From Candidatus Thorarchaeota archaeon (GTDB lineage: Archaea; Asgardarchaeota; Thorarchaeia; Thorarchaeales; Thorarchaeaceae): a DNA stretch of 64,000 bases. Below the pieces are notes generated by a model. It was not told the DNA's origin. It saw only the letters and a list, made by a program, of their open reading frames with translations, and did no database searches. The DNA lies in NCBI GenBank assembly GCA_048882045.1, contig JBHLRZ010000019.1, forward strand, positions 1 to 64,000, written 5' to 3'. A program made the position numbers and the translations under genes. The stretch's first letter is position 1. Each line of letters begins with the position of its first letter. Positions 47,537-56,498 of this stretch are shown here, in pieces.

Positions 47537-47725
47537 CTAAGAGGTATTGATGCCCCAGTTGCTCGTCAACAGGGTCATTATGATTTGGATTATGAAGCTG
47601 ACTGCCCCTACAAGGATCATGGCCAGTAGACTGACTCTAGTGCTCATCCAGAGTTCTTTTCTGGAAGGTTTTGTCGCTAGTTTCAAGATCCGTCTACTTT
47701 CGTTGATGAATTCACCAACACCCAT
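47537..47725 (-). CDS. secE: Protein translocase SecE/Sec61 gamma
   Basis: RILKLATKPSRKEL plus single TM; synteny ftsZ-secE-spt5. Confidence 0.93.
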   Translation of the reverse strand: MGVGEFINESRRILKLATKPSRKELWMSTRVSLLAMILVGAVSFIIQIIMTLLTSNWGINTS

Positions 47726-47825
47726 TTCTTCTCACATCCTTGTCTGAAACTGCCTAAGCAGTCATAGGAGTCGATTGCAGTCTGTCTTGGTTCACTTTTA
47801 ACATTTGCTGACTAACCAAGTTTGA

Positions 47826-48959
47826 CTATGTGAGCTTTGGAATACCCAAATCACTCTTCAAATCCTCAACAAGAGGAGTGAAAGGTTCCGTCTTGTCAAA
47901 CACATATGGTGAGTTCACACCAGATGCGATGATTGTCACTCGTAGCCTATCCTCTAGCTCTGGTACAATCAGGGCTCCATATATGACCTCAGCTCCTGGA
48001 TTGACCTGCTCAGTGACGAGCTCAACAACACGTTTGGCCTCCATCAACTGAAGGTCTGCGCTTCCACTCACATTGACGAGTAAGTTTCTTGCGTTCTCGA
48101 TAGACACATCAATCAACGGATTACGCAGAGCATTGATGACAGCTTCCTCAGCTCTGTCCTCACCTCGAGCCTCGCCAAGTGCAATGATTGATACGCCGCC
48201 ATTCTTCATGGTCGTACGTACATCAGCAAAGTCTAGGTTGACCAGACCTGGCTTTGAAATGAGTTCTGCAATTCCTTTCACAGCCCGTACAAGTACCTCG
48301 TCTGCCACCATGAATGCTTCAGGCATCGACAGGTCTGGAGCGATTTCTAATAGTTTCTCATTAGGAATTGCAATGAGAGTATCTACATGTTCCATCAGTG
48401 CATTGAGACCGCGAGTAGCATTCTTCTTTCTTGTCGCACCCTCTACCTCAAACGGCAGACAGACAATGGCTACTGTCAACGCGTCGTTCTCTTTTGCTGC
48501 CTTTGCTATATGTGCTGCAGCACCAGTTCCAGTCCCTCCACCCATACCTGCAGTAATAAAGACGAGGTCGCCTCTTACAACATCTTTGATGTCTTCATAG
48601 GTTTCAATTGCTGCTGCTTCACCAATGTCAGGATCATTTCCTGCACCAAGACCGCCACAAGTTTCTCTCCCAAGAAGCAGCTTGTGGTGGGAGTTGCAGA
48701 AGTATAGATCTTGAGCGTCAGTGTTCGCTGCAAGAGTTTCAGCTCCTTCTACACCAACTTCCATGAGACGAGTAATTGCGTTGTTACCAGCACCACCTAC
48801 ACCTACAACAAGTATCCTTGCACTCACTGCTTCTAACAGTTCAGCAAGTTCTTCATCAGTTGTAGCCGATTTCGGTTTCCGGCTCTTTTTAGCCTGTGCT
48901 TCGCGTTTTCCGCTTGATGATTTGAGGACCTCTTCTAACAATGGGTGCATATATACCAC
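47826..48959 (-). CDS. ftsZ: Cell division protein FtsZ
   Basis: GVGGAGNN, NTDAQ, GMGGGTGTGAA, NLDFADV. Confidence 0.98.
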   Translation of the reverse strand: MVYMHPLLEEVLKSSSGKREAQAKKSRKPKSATTDEELAELLEAVSARILVVGVGGAGNNAITRLMEVGVEGAETLAANTDAQDLYFCNSHHKLLLGRETCGGLGAGNDPDIGEAAAIETYEDIKDVVRGDLVFITAGMGGGTGTGAAAHIAKAAKENDALTVAIVCLPFEVEGATRKKNATRGLNALMEHVDTLIAIPNEKLLEIAPDLSMPEAFMVADEVLVRAVKGIAELISKPGLVNLDFADVRTTMKNGGVSIIALGEARGEDRAEEAVINALRNPLIDVSIENARNLLVNVSGSADLQLMEAKRVVELVTEQVNPGAEVIYGALIVPELEDRLRVTIIASGVNSPYVFDKTEPFTPLVEDLKSDLGIPKLT

Positions 48960-49016
48960 TCAAATCTTGATAATGTTATTACCATTAGAACTAGAATATG
49001 ACCGAGGTAATACTCG

Positions 49017-50006
49017 TCAACGTCGAGACTTCTTCTTCCCTTTCTGTTTTCCCTTTGATCTAGTTCGTGGTCTGAAGGTTCTAAGAATCGAATCTATGGA
49101 GATTTGATGTTGCCTCAGGAGTCTTGCCACTTCATCAAGACTAGGTTGTCCAGTCTGTGTTCCGGCTTTTGTTATGGTAAGTGCTGCCACTGCATTTGCA
49201 ACATTTAACGCCTGTTCGATTCTCTCAGAACGCATCCAAGCAGTAACGAAACCCGCTGCAAATGCATCACCCGCTCCTAGGGTATCTATTACTGGAACCT
49301 CAAAGACCTCGGAAGTGCAGTAATCAAATCCATCAGTTGCAATGGCGCCCTTCTTTCCCATCTTCAGAATCACAATGCCTGGAAAAGTCTTAGCTAACTC
49401 TTTAAGTGCCTTCTCAGTTGGATTGATACCGAAGTATTCTTTGAGTTCTCTCTGGTTTAGGAAGAGAAGGTCTGTGCTGGGGAGAATTTTATCAAAGTTC
49501 AAGCCATTGCCTGCTCGTCCTGGATCAAGCGATAGAATCATTCCATTGGTTGACGTGACCTCTGAAACCCTGTCGATCATCATTGGGAATGCACCAGCAA
49601 CATGGACAAGCTGAGCAGTGACGAGTTTGTCTTCTTCAAAGAGGTGCTTCTCGAGAAACCTATTGGCTCCCGGTTCGACTACTACAATTCTTTCATCGTT
49701 CGAATCATGGACATAGAAGAAGATACCCGTCTTTTGCTTCTCCAAGACTACCAGACAGCTGGTGTCCACTCCGGCTTTGGCTATCTCCTTCATAGCTAAT
49801 TGGCCATATTCATCATCACCCAAGCAGCTCACTAGTGATGTCTTCACTCCAAGTCTGGCACTCTGAGTAGCAAAGTTGGCAGCTGAGCCTCCGAAATTGA
49901 TTCGCCCTTCCTCGCATATCACGTGTTCGTTGGCTTTTGGAAGGGTCTTCACACTCATATTGATGTCAATGTTAATCCTGCCAATTGCGACAACATCTCC
50001 GGGCAA
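49017..50006 (-). CDS. PfkB family carbohydrate kinase
   Basis: GGSAAN, NQRE, DTLGAGDAFAAG; likely TTG start at 50006. Confidence 0.92.
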   Translation of the reverse strand: MPGDVVAIGRINIDINMSVKTLPKANEHVICEEGRINFGGSAANFATQSARLGVKTSLVSCLGDDEYGQLAMKEIAKAGVDTSCLVVLEKQKTGIFFYVHDSNDERIVVVEPGANRFLEKHLFEEDKLVTAQLVHVAGAFPMMIDRVSEVTSTNGMILSLDPGRAGNGLNFDKILPSTDLLFLNQRELKEYFGINPTEKALKELAKTFPGIVILKMGKKGAIATDGFDYCTSEVFEVPVIDTLGAGDAFAAGFVTAWMRSERIEQALNVANAVAALTITKAGTQTGQPSLDEVARLLRQHQISIDSILRTFRPRTRSKGKQKGKKKSRR

Positions 50007-50019
50007 ATCAATCGCCTCT

Positions 50020-50943
50020 CTATACGATGAGGGCCAAGATACCCTTTTGCGCGTGTAACCTGTTTTCTGCTTGGTCAAACACCACAGAGTGCGGACCATC
50101 CATGACCTTCGATGTCAACTCCTCATCACGATGGGCTGGTAGGCAATGCATGACAATGACATCATCCTTTGCCTTTGATACAAGAGCATCATTCACCTGA
50201 AATGGCATGAGGGCATCCTCTTTCTCCTTGGACCTTTCTTGTCCCATACTGAAGAAAGTATCAGTGTATATCACATCGGCTTCATTGACTGCCTCATCTG
50301 GATCAGTCACAATAGTCAATGTAGTTTCGTACTTCTTACTAAGTGTTCTAGCTTTCTTCGTGATGTCATCAGTGGGTGTGTACCCCTTAGGAGAACCGAT
50401 AGTGACATCCATTCCCATAATCGTACAACCCTGCATGATCGAGTTACTCACATTGTTGGAGTCACCAACATAGGTTATCTTTAGTCCCTCTAACTTGTCT
50501 TTGTGCTCCTCTATTGTCATCATATCTGCCATTATTTGACACGGATGGAGCAAGTCTGAAAGTCCGTTGATTACTGGGACTCCGGCAAACTCAGCTAGCT
50601 CTGTCACCTCATTATGTCCAAACACTCGTGCCATGATAACATCACAATACCTGCCTAGTACTTGTGCTGTATCTGCGATTGTTTCTCCTCTTCCAAGCTG
50701 TGTTCCACTTGGTTGAAGGAAGAGTGCATGTCCTCCAAGCTGAGTCATGCCCACCTCAAATGAAACACGAGTCCGAGTAGAAGACTTCATGAAAATCATC
50801 GCCATGGATTTGCCTTTCAGAATCTCGTGAGGTTCTCCACGTTTCTGCTTCTGTTTCAGATCATGGGCGGTGTCTAAGAACTGTCTGAGTTCAAACCTCT
50901 CAAAGTTAGCAAGATCAATAAAGCTTCTACCTTTTAGACTCAT
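50020..50943 (-). CDS. argF: Ornithine carbamoyltransferase
   Basis: SSTRTRVSF, HPCQ, SMG, HCLPAHR, ENRLH. Confidence 0.96.
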   Translation of the reverse strand: MSLKGRSFIDLANFERFELRQFLDTAHDLKQKQKRGEPHEILKGKSMAMIFMKSSTRTRVSFEVGMTQLGGHALFLQPSGTQLGRGETIADTAQVLGRYCDVIMARVFGHNEVTELAEFAGVPVINGLSDLLHPCQIMADMMTIEEHKDKLEGLKITYVGDSNNVSNSIMQGCTIMGMDVTIGSPKGYTPTDDITKKARTLSKKYETTLTIVTDPDEAVNEADVIYTDTFFSMGQERSKEKEDALMPFQVNDALVSKAKDDVIVMHCLPAHRDEELTSKVMDGPHSVVFDQAENRLHAQKGILALIV

Positions 50944-51009
50944 TATCCACACCTCAGGACTGTCTGAAGCGCTCATCATTGCGGGTCATATAAAAAACTG
51001 TCCTATGGC

Positions 51010-51921
51010 TTAATTTTCAGCAATAAGCCTCTTAGCAAACCATTCTGGGTCAAATCTACGTAAGTCATCATAGTTCTGTCCCACTCCCACATATATCACA
51101 GGTCTTCCAGTTACGAATGCTATGGACAGAGCGGCTCCTCCAGACGGGTCTGCATCAACTTTAGTAAGAATAGCACCATCAATTCCTATTGCAGTGTGAA
51201 ACTCTTTTGCTTGTGAGAGAGCATCGTTCCCAGCAAGTGCATCTCCAACAAACACCTTGAGGTCTGGCTCAGCAACCCTCACAATCTTCTTCATTTCCTC
51301 TAACAAGTTCTTGTTGCTCTGCATCCTTCCTGCAGAGTCTATCAGTACAATATCTATGTGTCTGGCTTTGGCATGCGCAACCGCATCAAATGCGATAGCT
51401 GCGGCATCTGCTCCGTAATCCTGTTTGATGACCTTGATGTTTAATCTCTCAGCATGCTTCTCAAGCTGTTCAATACTTCCTGCTCGAAAAGTATCCCCTG
51501 CAGCAATGACCACTGAAAAGCCCTTCTTCTTGAAGATGCTACCGAGCTTGGCGAGAGTTGTTGTCTTTCCAGTTCCATTTACACCCACAAAGAGAATAGT
51601 GGTAGTTTCTCCCTTCTCTTTCTTCTCAGTAGCAAACTCAATTGGATCGATTGGATGTTCCGGTGTAAGGACCTCAAGAATCGATTCAAGAATTGCTGTT
51701 TTGAAGAACTTGCTGAGATTTTCCAATCTTCCAGTCCTAGTGCCAAGAATCTTCTTCTTTGTTAGACTACAGATATGCTCTGCAACTTCGACAGCCACAT
51801 CGTTCTGTATCAGGACCATCTGCAGTTCCCATACAGCATCGGCTAAGTTCTTCTCATTCAGTTCTTTCGTAGTTGCTTTTGTGACAGCTGTGTCTATAGC
51901 TCCCCTGAGCCTTTCGAACAA
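51010..51921 (-). CDS. ftsY: SRP receptor FtsY
   Basis: GVNGTGKTTT, DTFRAG, DSAGR, TKVD. Confidence 0.96.
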   Translation of the reverse strand: MFERLRGAIDTAVTKATTKELNEKNLADAVWELQMVLIQNDVAVEVAEHICSLTKKKILGTRTGRLENLSKFFKTAILESILEVLTPEHPIDPIEFATEKKEKGETTTILFVGVNGTGKTTTLAKLGSIFKKKGFSVVIAAGDTFRAGSIEQLEKHAERLNIKVIKQDYGADAAAIAFDAVAHAKARHIDIVLIDSAGRMQSNKNLLEEMKKIVRVAEPDLKVFVGDALAGNDALSQAKEFHTAIGIDGAILTKVDADPSGGAALSIAFVTGRPVIYVGVGQNYDDLRRFDPEWFAKRLIAEN

Positions 51922-51925
51922 TCAG

Positions 51926-52375
51926 TTACTCCTCCTTCTCCGGAGACTGGGTACCTTGCATCTTTGCCGCTAGTTGTTGGAACTGTGTATTGAGAACAGA
52001 TGCTCGCTGAACCAGAGCTTGGTATTCCTGTGCAAGCTTTTCATACTGTTCTTCGAGGCTCTGCACAGCTTCGGATACGGCCTCCTTAGCCGACTCTACA
52101 CTTTGCTCAATTCTGATTCCGCTACCGAGTCCTCTTGCAACTTTAGAAGGATTGACCAGCTTTGCCTCGACGAAGATGCTCCCGCCCACATTGATGAGCA
52201 TCTCCTCTCCCTCCTCTTTCTTTTCAATCTCTTCAAGGACCATAAGACCAGAACGATAGTTTGTGAGATACACTTGGATTGTTTCGAGACGTTGCTGCAT
52301 GAGACCAATGTTCGACTCAGTCATCTGTTGCTCAACATAGAGTCTTTGAAGCAACTTCTGCTGATCCTCGGTCAT
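51926..52375 (-). CDS. pfdA: Prefoldin alpha subunit
   Basis: Coiled coils flanking LINVGGSIFV...GLGSG; synteny. Confidence 0.9.
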   Translation of the reverse strand: MTEDQQKLLQRLYVEQQMTESNIGLMQQRLETIQVYLTNYRSGLMVLEEIEKKEEGEEMLINVGGSIFVEAKLVNPSKVARGLGSGIRIEQSVESAKEAVSEAVQSLEEQYEKLAQEYQALVQRASVLNTQFQQLAAKMQGTQSPEKEE

Positions 52376-52614
52376 CAGAACTCAGTCTCCAATCCTAGTA
52401 TCTTTCTGAGATCTAGATTCTGAACCTCTTCAGGTTTGATTTCCTTAATCTCCTCAATCTCGATCTCCTTTCTCTTAACCCTGTGGCGGCTTCCAAGTTC
52501 TGAGAGAATCTTCTCTCTTACGTGGGCTTCCTTATCAGCAAGTAGTTCCCTAGTGAATCTGAAATTTCTCTTTTTCTTCTTGAAAGCGCCTGTAGCACGC
52601 CAGATTTTCGACAT
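52375..52614 (-). CDS. rpl18a: Ribosomal protein eL20 (LX/L18a)
   Basis: REKILSELGSRHRVKRKEIEI. Confidence 0.92.
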   Translation of the reverse strand: MSKIWRATGAFKKKKRNFRFTRELLADKEAHVREKILSELGSRHRVKRKEIEIEEIKEIKPEEVQNLDLRKILGLETEF

Positions 52615-52629
52615 TCACGTTGCACCTCG

Positions 52630-53295
52630 TCATACGAATCCTAGGACCTGACTGATGTGGGCCAGTTCAACACCTGTTGTTTCAGTCCCTGCAATCATTC
52701 CATCGATGTTTGCCAATACACCCAAACTAGTGAATGGACTTCCTCTGTTCACTGTACCGACTTCGACCTCTACTTTTAACAGCTGTGCTAGGAGTTCTAT
52801 CTCTCCTTCAGTCGCTAGAGGGTGTACTATAGCTCCCTTGTTAGTAGCTATCGTATTTGCTCCGACTATAGGTAATTTTGCTATACTACCAGGAACCACT
52901 TCGACTCCAAGTGTATCTGAAATCTTCTGTCTGGACTTGAAGCTAAAGTCAGGATGACACATAGCACCATTATCATTTGTAATGATGATGTTTCCTAGAG
53001 CAGTCATCTTATCATCAAGCCAGTCGACATTGATATCAGAGGCTGTTTTGATTTGTTCCAGCTCATCATCTGAAATCGTATAGGGGACAAGAATCCCATT
53101 TGATGTCGCAACTGCGACCAAACCTACTGCATCAAGGGTTGCTATAGTTGACTGCACGAGTGGTAGATTGAATGTTCTCTCTATTGTATCTAATCCCTTC
53201 TCAGACATGTTTGAGCTTGTAAATACAAAACTGTCTGTGACGATTCCATAAGCTCCGACATTAGAATCGCCCTCGAAGTCAGTTCGGGCGATCAT
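52630..53295 (-). CDS. eif6: Translation initiation factor 6
   Basis: ALGNIIITND, GTVNRGS, TTGVEL. Confidence 0.95.
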   Translation of the reverse strand: MIARTDFEGDSNVGAYGIVTDSFVFTSSNMSEKGLDTIERTFNLPLVQSTIATLDAVGLVAVATSNGILVPYTISDDELEQIKTASDINVDWLDDKMTALGNIIITNDNGAMCHPDFSFKSRQKISDTLGVEVVPGSIAKLPIVGANTIATNKGAIVHPLATEGEIELLAQLLKVEVEVGTVNRGSPFTSLGVLANIDGMIAGTETTGVELAHISQVLGFV

Positions 53296-53301
53296 TCTGG
53301 A

Positions 53302-53730
53302 CTATCCCTCCGCAAGGTATACGCGCACAAGATTGTCTGAGTTCTTGGTCGCTCGTATCCTTAGCCTTCTCGGTGGACTTTGAATACCTCGTGCCCAGAG
53401 TCGTTCATTGACCTCGGGCTGAATTAAGAGCTCCTCGGGCTTCATATGCCTCTCTACAAACTCTCGCAGAACCTTGACTGATTTGTTTGCTCTTCGGAGT
53501 CTGCTTCCTGTCCAGTATGCTTTCCTGAGGGGTACAGTGTAGATTCTCTCGTCGATAATCTCCTCCTCTTCTTCGGGCTCGACTTCCTCAGGAACTTCCT
53601 CAACTTTCTTGGCGTCTTTAGCAGGTGCCTTTTCTTCAATCTCTTCTGTATCTTCAATATCAAGCTCTTCAATCTCAGGCTCCTCTTCAGAGACCTCGGC
53701 TTCTGCTTCTTTCTTCTTCTTCTTTGACAT
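53302..53730 (-). CDS. rpl31e: Ribosomal protein eL31 with acidic N-terminal extension
   Basis: ERIYTVPLR...VNERLWARGIQSPPRRLRI. Confidence 0.95.
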   Translation of the reverse strand: MSKKKKKEAEAEVSEEEPEIEELDIEDTEEIEEKAPAKDAKKVEEVPEEVEPEEEEEIIDERIYTVPLRKAYWTGSRLRRANKSVKVLREFVERHMKPEELLIQPEVNERLWARGIQSPPRRLRIRATKNSDNLVRVYLAEG

Positions 53731-53744
53731 CTATGTCCACCCTA

Positions 53745-53900
53745 CTATGGCTTTAGCTTGCTCTGACGCCAATTCCTCTGCGATGGCGTTCTTCTGAGCT
53801 TACCGCCAGTCTTGACGACGACCCATGTTGGAACTGAGGAATTACTTCTCATCGCTTTTGCCATCCTCAGCTTCTTTGCTAGTGGCTTGTTTCGTGCCAT
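53745..53900 (-). CDS. rpl39e: Ribosomal protein eL39
   Basis: Manual translation [51 protein letters not shown] (51 aa, absent from the ORF track). Confidence 0.95.
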   Translation of the reverse strand: MARNKPLAKKLRMAKAMRSNSSVPTWVVVKTGGKLRRTPSQRNWRQSKLKP

Positions 53901-53922
53901 TTCTTTCACCTATCGCAGTTTT

Positions 53923-54252
53923 TTATCTGAACGAAATCTTTCGTTCCCGTTCCTTTTCCTGGAGCTGTTTCAAGAGGCCTTTCAGTTGTTCATCAGTCAG
54001 TTGACCTCTGAGTCTACCAGAGCTCGCAAGTTGGATGAGTTGCAATTCAATCTGTTCTGCGAACTGCGGTTTCACCATCTTGATGTTTGTGAGTCGAGCA
54101 CGCGCCTCAGGAGTGAGTATCTGCCTTAACAGAGCCTCCTTCTGGGCTTGAGCCTCAGCAATTGCTTGCTCGTTGGCTTGTTCCCTGAGTGCTTGCTCCC
54201 GAAGTTGTGCCTCTTTCTGTCGGCGGATTGCTTCGAGTTCATCATCACTCAT
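53923..54252 (-). CDS. PDCD5-like DNA-binding protein
   Basis: DDELEAIR...ILTPEARARLTNIKMVKP. Confidence 0.93.
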   Translation of the reverse strand: MSDDELEAIRRQKEAQLREQALREQANEQAIAEAQAQKEALLRQILTPEARARLTNIKMVKPQFAEQIELQLIQLASSGRLRGQLTDEQLKGLLKQLQEKERERKISFR

Positions 54253-54270
54253 TACGCCTGTTCACCCGGC

Positions 54271-54723
54271 TTAGTATTTCTCCAGTTCTGGGATTGCCTT
54301 TGAGAGTTCTTGTTTCAAAGCCGATGACAATTTGTCCATGTACGATCTGCCAATGTCGGTCATTATCCTACCCTTGGTCTTCTGCTTCGTGATGAAGCCA
54401 GCCCTCTCGAGCTGCTGGAGTGCGGTCCTAACGATTGCACCACTGCCCTTCTGAAACTTGTTGGGCTTAGATCCTCGTCTCTTCCTTCCTCCGTATTCGA
54501 TACGTAGCTTCTCAGTACCAATTGGTCCATTAAGATAGACTTTACGGAGAATACTTGCACATCTGACAAACCAGAAATCTTGATCGTCGGGCGCTCGTTC
54601 CTTATGGGCACCAGTCTTTGCAAACTGCATCCATTCAGGAGGTGCAATCTCCTCTCTAGACTTGAGGTCCTGTGCAAGTCGGCGTATCAGGATGTTTGCC
54701 GGAATATCATAGACCGTGGGCAT
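54271..54723 (-). CDS. rps19e: Ribosomal protein eS19
   Basis: AKTGAHKERAP, RCASILRK, YGGRKRRG. Confidence 0.97.
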   Translation of the reverse strand: MPTVYDIPANILIRRLAQDLKSREEIAPPEWMQFAKTGAHKERAPDDQDFWFVRCASILRKVYLNGPIGTEKLRIEYGGRKRRGSKPNKFQKGSGAIVRTALQQLERAGFITKQKTKGRIMTDIGRSYMDKLSSALKQELSKAIPELEKY

Positions 54724-54846
54724 GTTTCAGTCACCAAACTCATTGAGAACAGGTCACCTCACTCGAATTCGGCGAATGACCTACCTCAAAAGGCTGGAGT
54801 CACCGTCTAGGGTCAACATAAAAGGTTGTCGTTGTGTTGGCATTAT

Positions 54847-55134
54847 TTATTGTTTGGCAGTATGCAGGTGACGAGTTTTGTAAATCACAGCTGTGTTTCC
54901 GCGAAAACCATCAATTCTAGCCCCTGTCTTTTGACTCAGGAGAGTAATGATTTCGATCTTGTCTTTATCTCCAATAGCACTCCGAAGAACTCGGACCTTG
55001 ATATACTGATGTCTCTTGAGGAGTCTCTTTACCTCTTCGACAACATTGTCTGATACACCGCCTTTCCCTATCTGTACCATTGCAGGATCCTGCCAGACAA
55101 TCTGAATCTTCCTCTGGTCCTTTCCGTTCATCAT
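54847..55134 (-). CDS. YhbY/CRM RNA-binding protein
   Basis: VQIGKGGV...IKVRVL...FRGNTAVIYK. Confidence 0.9.
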   Translation of the reverse strand: MMNGKDQRKIQIVWQDPAMVQIGKGGVSDNVVEEVKRLLKRHQYIKVRVLRSAIGDKDKIEIITLLSQKTGARIDGFRGNTAVIYKTRHLHTAKQ

Positions 55135-55191
55135 TCTTAGTCAGTCCTGTCCGAGTCTGATTATTCATTAACCTATGCTTGTGGACTCAAT

Positions 55192-55509
55192 CTATAGATA
55201 GTACCGCTTGATCATTCCACAGGTCAGACAGGTCACAGTCATGTGTCGTGACCTATTGTGTCTGATTCTGACTCTGCAGTTTTCACCCGGAACTAGAACA
55301 GTTCCACACGCTTTGCACACTCTTCTGCTCATGTATCTTGGTAGTTTTGTCCTGGTCTTTTGTGCAATCTTTCTCGCATTGAACATATGACGTCTGGCTA
55401 TCTCAGGTCGACCCCTTCTAACCTCTTCTTGAGCCTGCTCCCATAGAATGTTCACTCTTGCCTGAGTCAGTCGCTTTGCCTTTGCTCTTGGTCTACTTCT
55501 CCTTGACAC
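55192..55509 (-). CDS. rnp4: RNase P protein Rpp21
   Basis: CKACGTVLVPG...TCLTCGMIKRY; GTG start at 55509. Confidence 0.92.
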   Translation of the reverse strand: MSRRSRPRAKAKRLTQARVNILWEQAQEEVRRGRPEIARRHMFNARKIAQKTRTKLPRYMSRRVCKACGTVLVPGENCRVRIRHNRSRHMTVTCLTCGMIKRYYL

Positions 55510-55587
55510 AGCAAGTCCTCTGACAGTTTGTAGCATGGGTCAAACTGCTTAAATCGTTCGTGTTGGACATCCAGTAGGAGACCTCTC

Positions 55588-56304
55588 ATGTTACATCTCA
55601 TACTCCTAGACTGCGCACTCGAGCTGGTTCCAAGTGAAATCTCTAGCATGAAACACATCCAGAAACAATCCTTTCGTCGCGGTAAGAAACCCAATGAACT
55701 TCTTCTCGATCAGACCCATCACGGTCAATCCATGACCAAACTCTCTGAACATGAACGCAGAGGGCGTCCTGATATCATCTTCCTCAGTCTGATGTCTGTT
55801 CTAGAAACTCCACTCTGCAAGGAGGGTCTCCTAAGGGTATATCTCCATCTCCAAGACGGAAAGATTGTTGAAATGGATTCTGATGTCCGACTTCCTAGGA
55901 ATTATGATCGCTTTGTCGGTCTGATGGAACAACTTTTCTCTACAGGTCGTGTTCCACCAAAAGGTGATGTTCTGCTTCAGGTTACTGACAAGTCCTTGGA
56001 TAACCTGATTTCAGACATAGGAACTGAATCTACATACATCGCTACCGAAAGCGGTCGAAAAACAACAATCAGCCAATTCGCTGACCTTCTGCCTACTGAC
56101 CCATCAGTCCCAGTTGTCGTTGGTGTTGGAGCCTTTCCACATGGACACATGGCTGATTCAATACTGAACCTATTCAAACATGATCTGGCACTCGATAAGG
56201 ATGTAATGATGACATGGCATGTCTGCTCAGAAATATTGTGGGCCTATTCGTCGAGTGTAGAAGTTGTCAAATCACGATTTACTACCCTTGATACTGAACA
56301 ATAG
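55588..56304 (+). CDS. nep1: 16S rRNA pseudouridine N1-methyltransferase Nep1/Emg1
   Basis: ALELVP, LLDQTHH, RGRPDI, RLPRNYDRFVGLMEQL, GAFPHG. Confidence 0.95.
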   Translation: MLHLILLDCALELVPSEISSMKHIQKQSFRRGKKPNELLLDQTHHGQSMTKLSEHERRGRPDIIFLSLMSVLETPLCKEGLLRVYLHLQDGKIVEMDSDVRLPRNYDRFVGLMEQLFSTGRVPPKGDVLLQVTDKSLDNLISDIGTESTYIATESGRKTTISQFADLLPTDPSVPVVVGVGAFPHGHMADSILNLFKHDLALDKDVMMTWHVCSEILWAYSSSVEVVKSRFTTLDTEQ

Positions 56305-56338
56305 TCTTAAATCGACACCAAGATTGCTTTGCTCCGAA

Positions 56339-56415
56339 GCGGCCATAGTCTAGCCTGGTTAGGATCGCAGCCTTCCAAGCTGCTGAGGCGGGTTCAAATC
56401 CCGCTGGCCGCACCA
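56339..56415 (+). tRNA. tRNA-Gly(TCC), CCA encoded
   Basis: GCGGCCA...GCAGC CT TCC AA GCTGC...GGTTCAAATCC...TGGCCGCACCA. Confidence 0.95.
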
Positions 56416-56498
56416 CATCCCAGATTCTGCTTGGTTTGACAGCATAATCCTTTTGTTAACGATGACTGCAAACGACAAGAGACGACGAGGATATCCCT

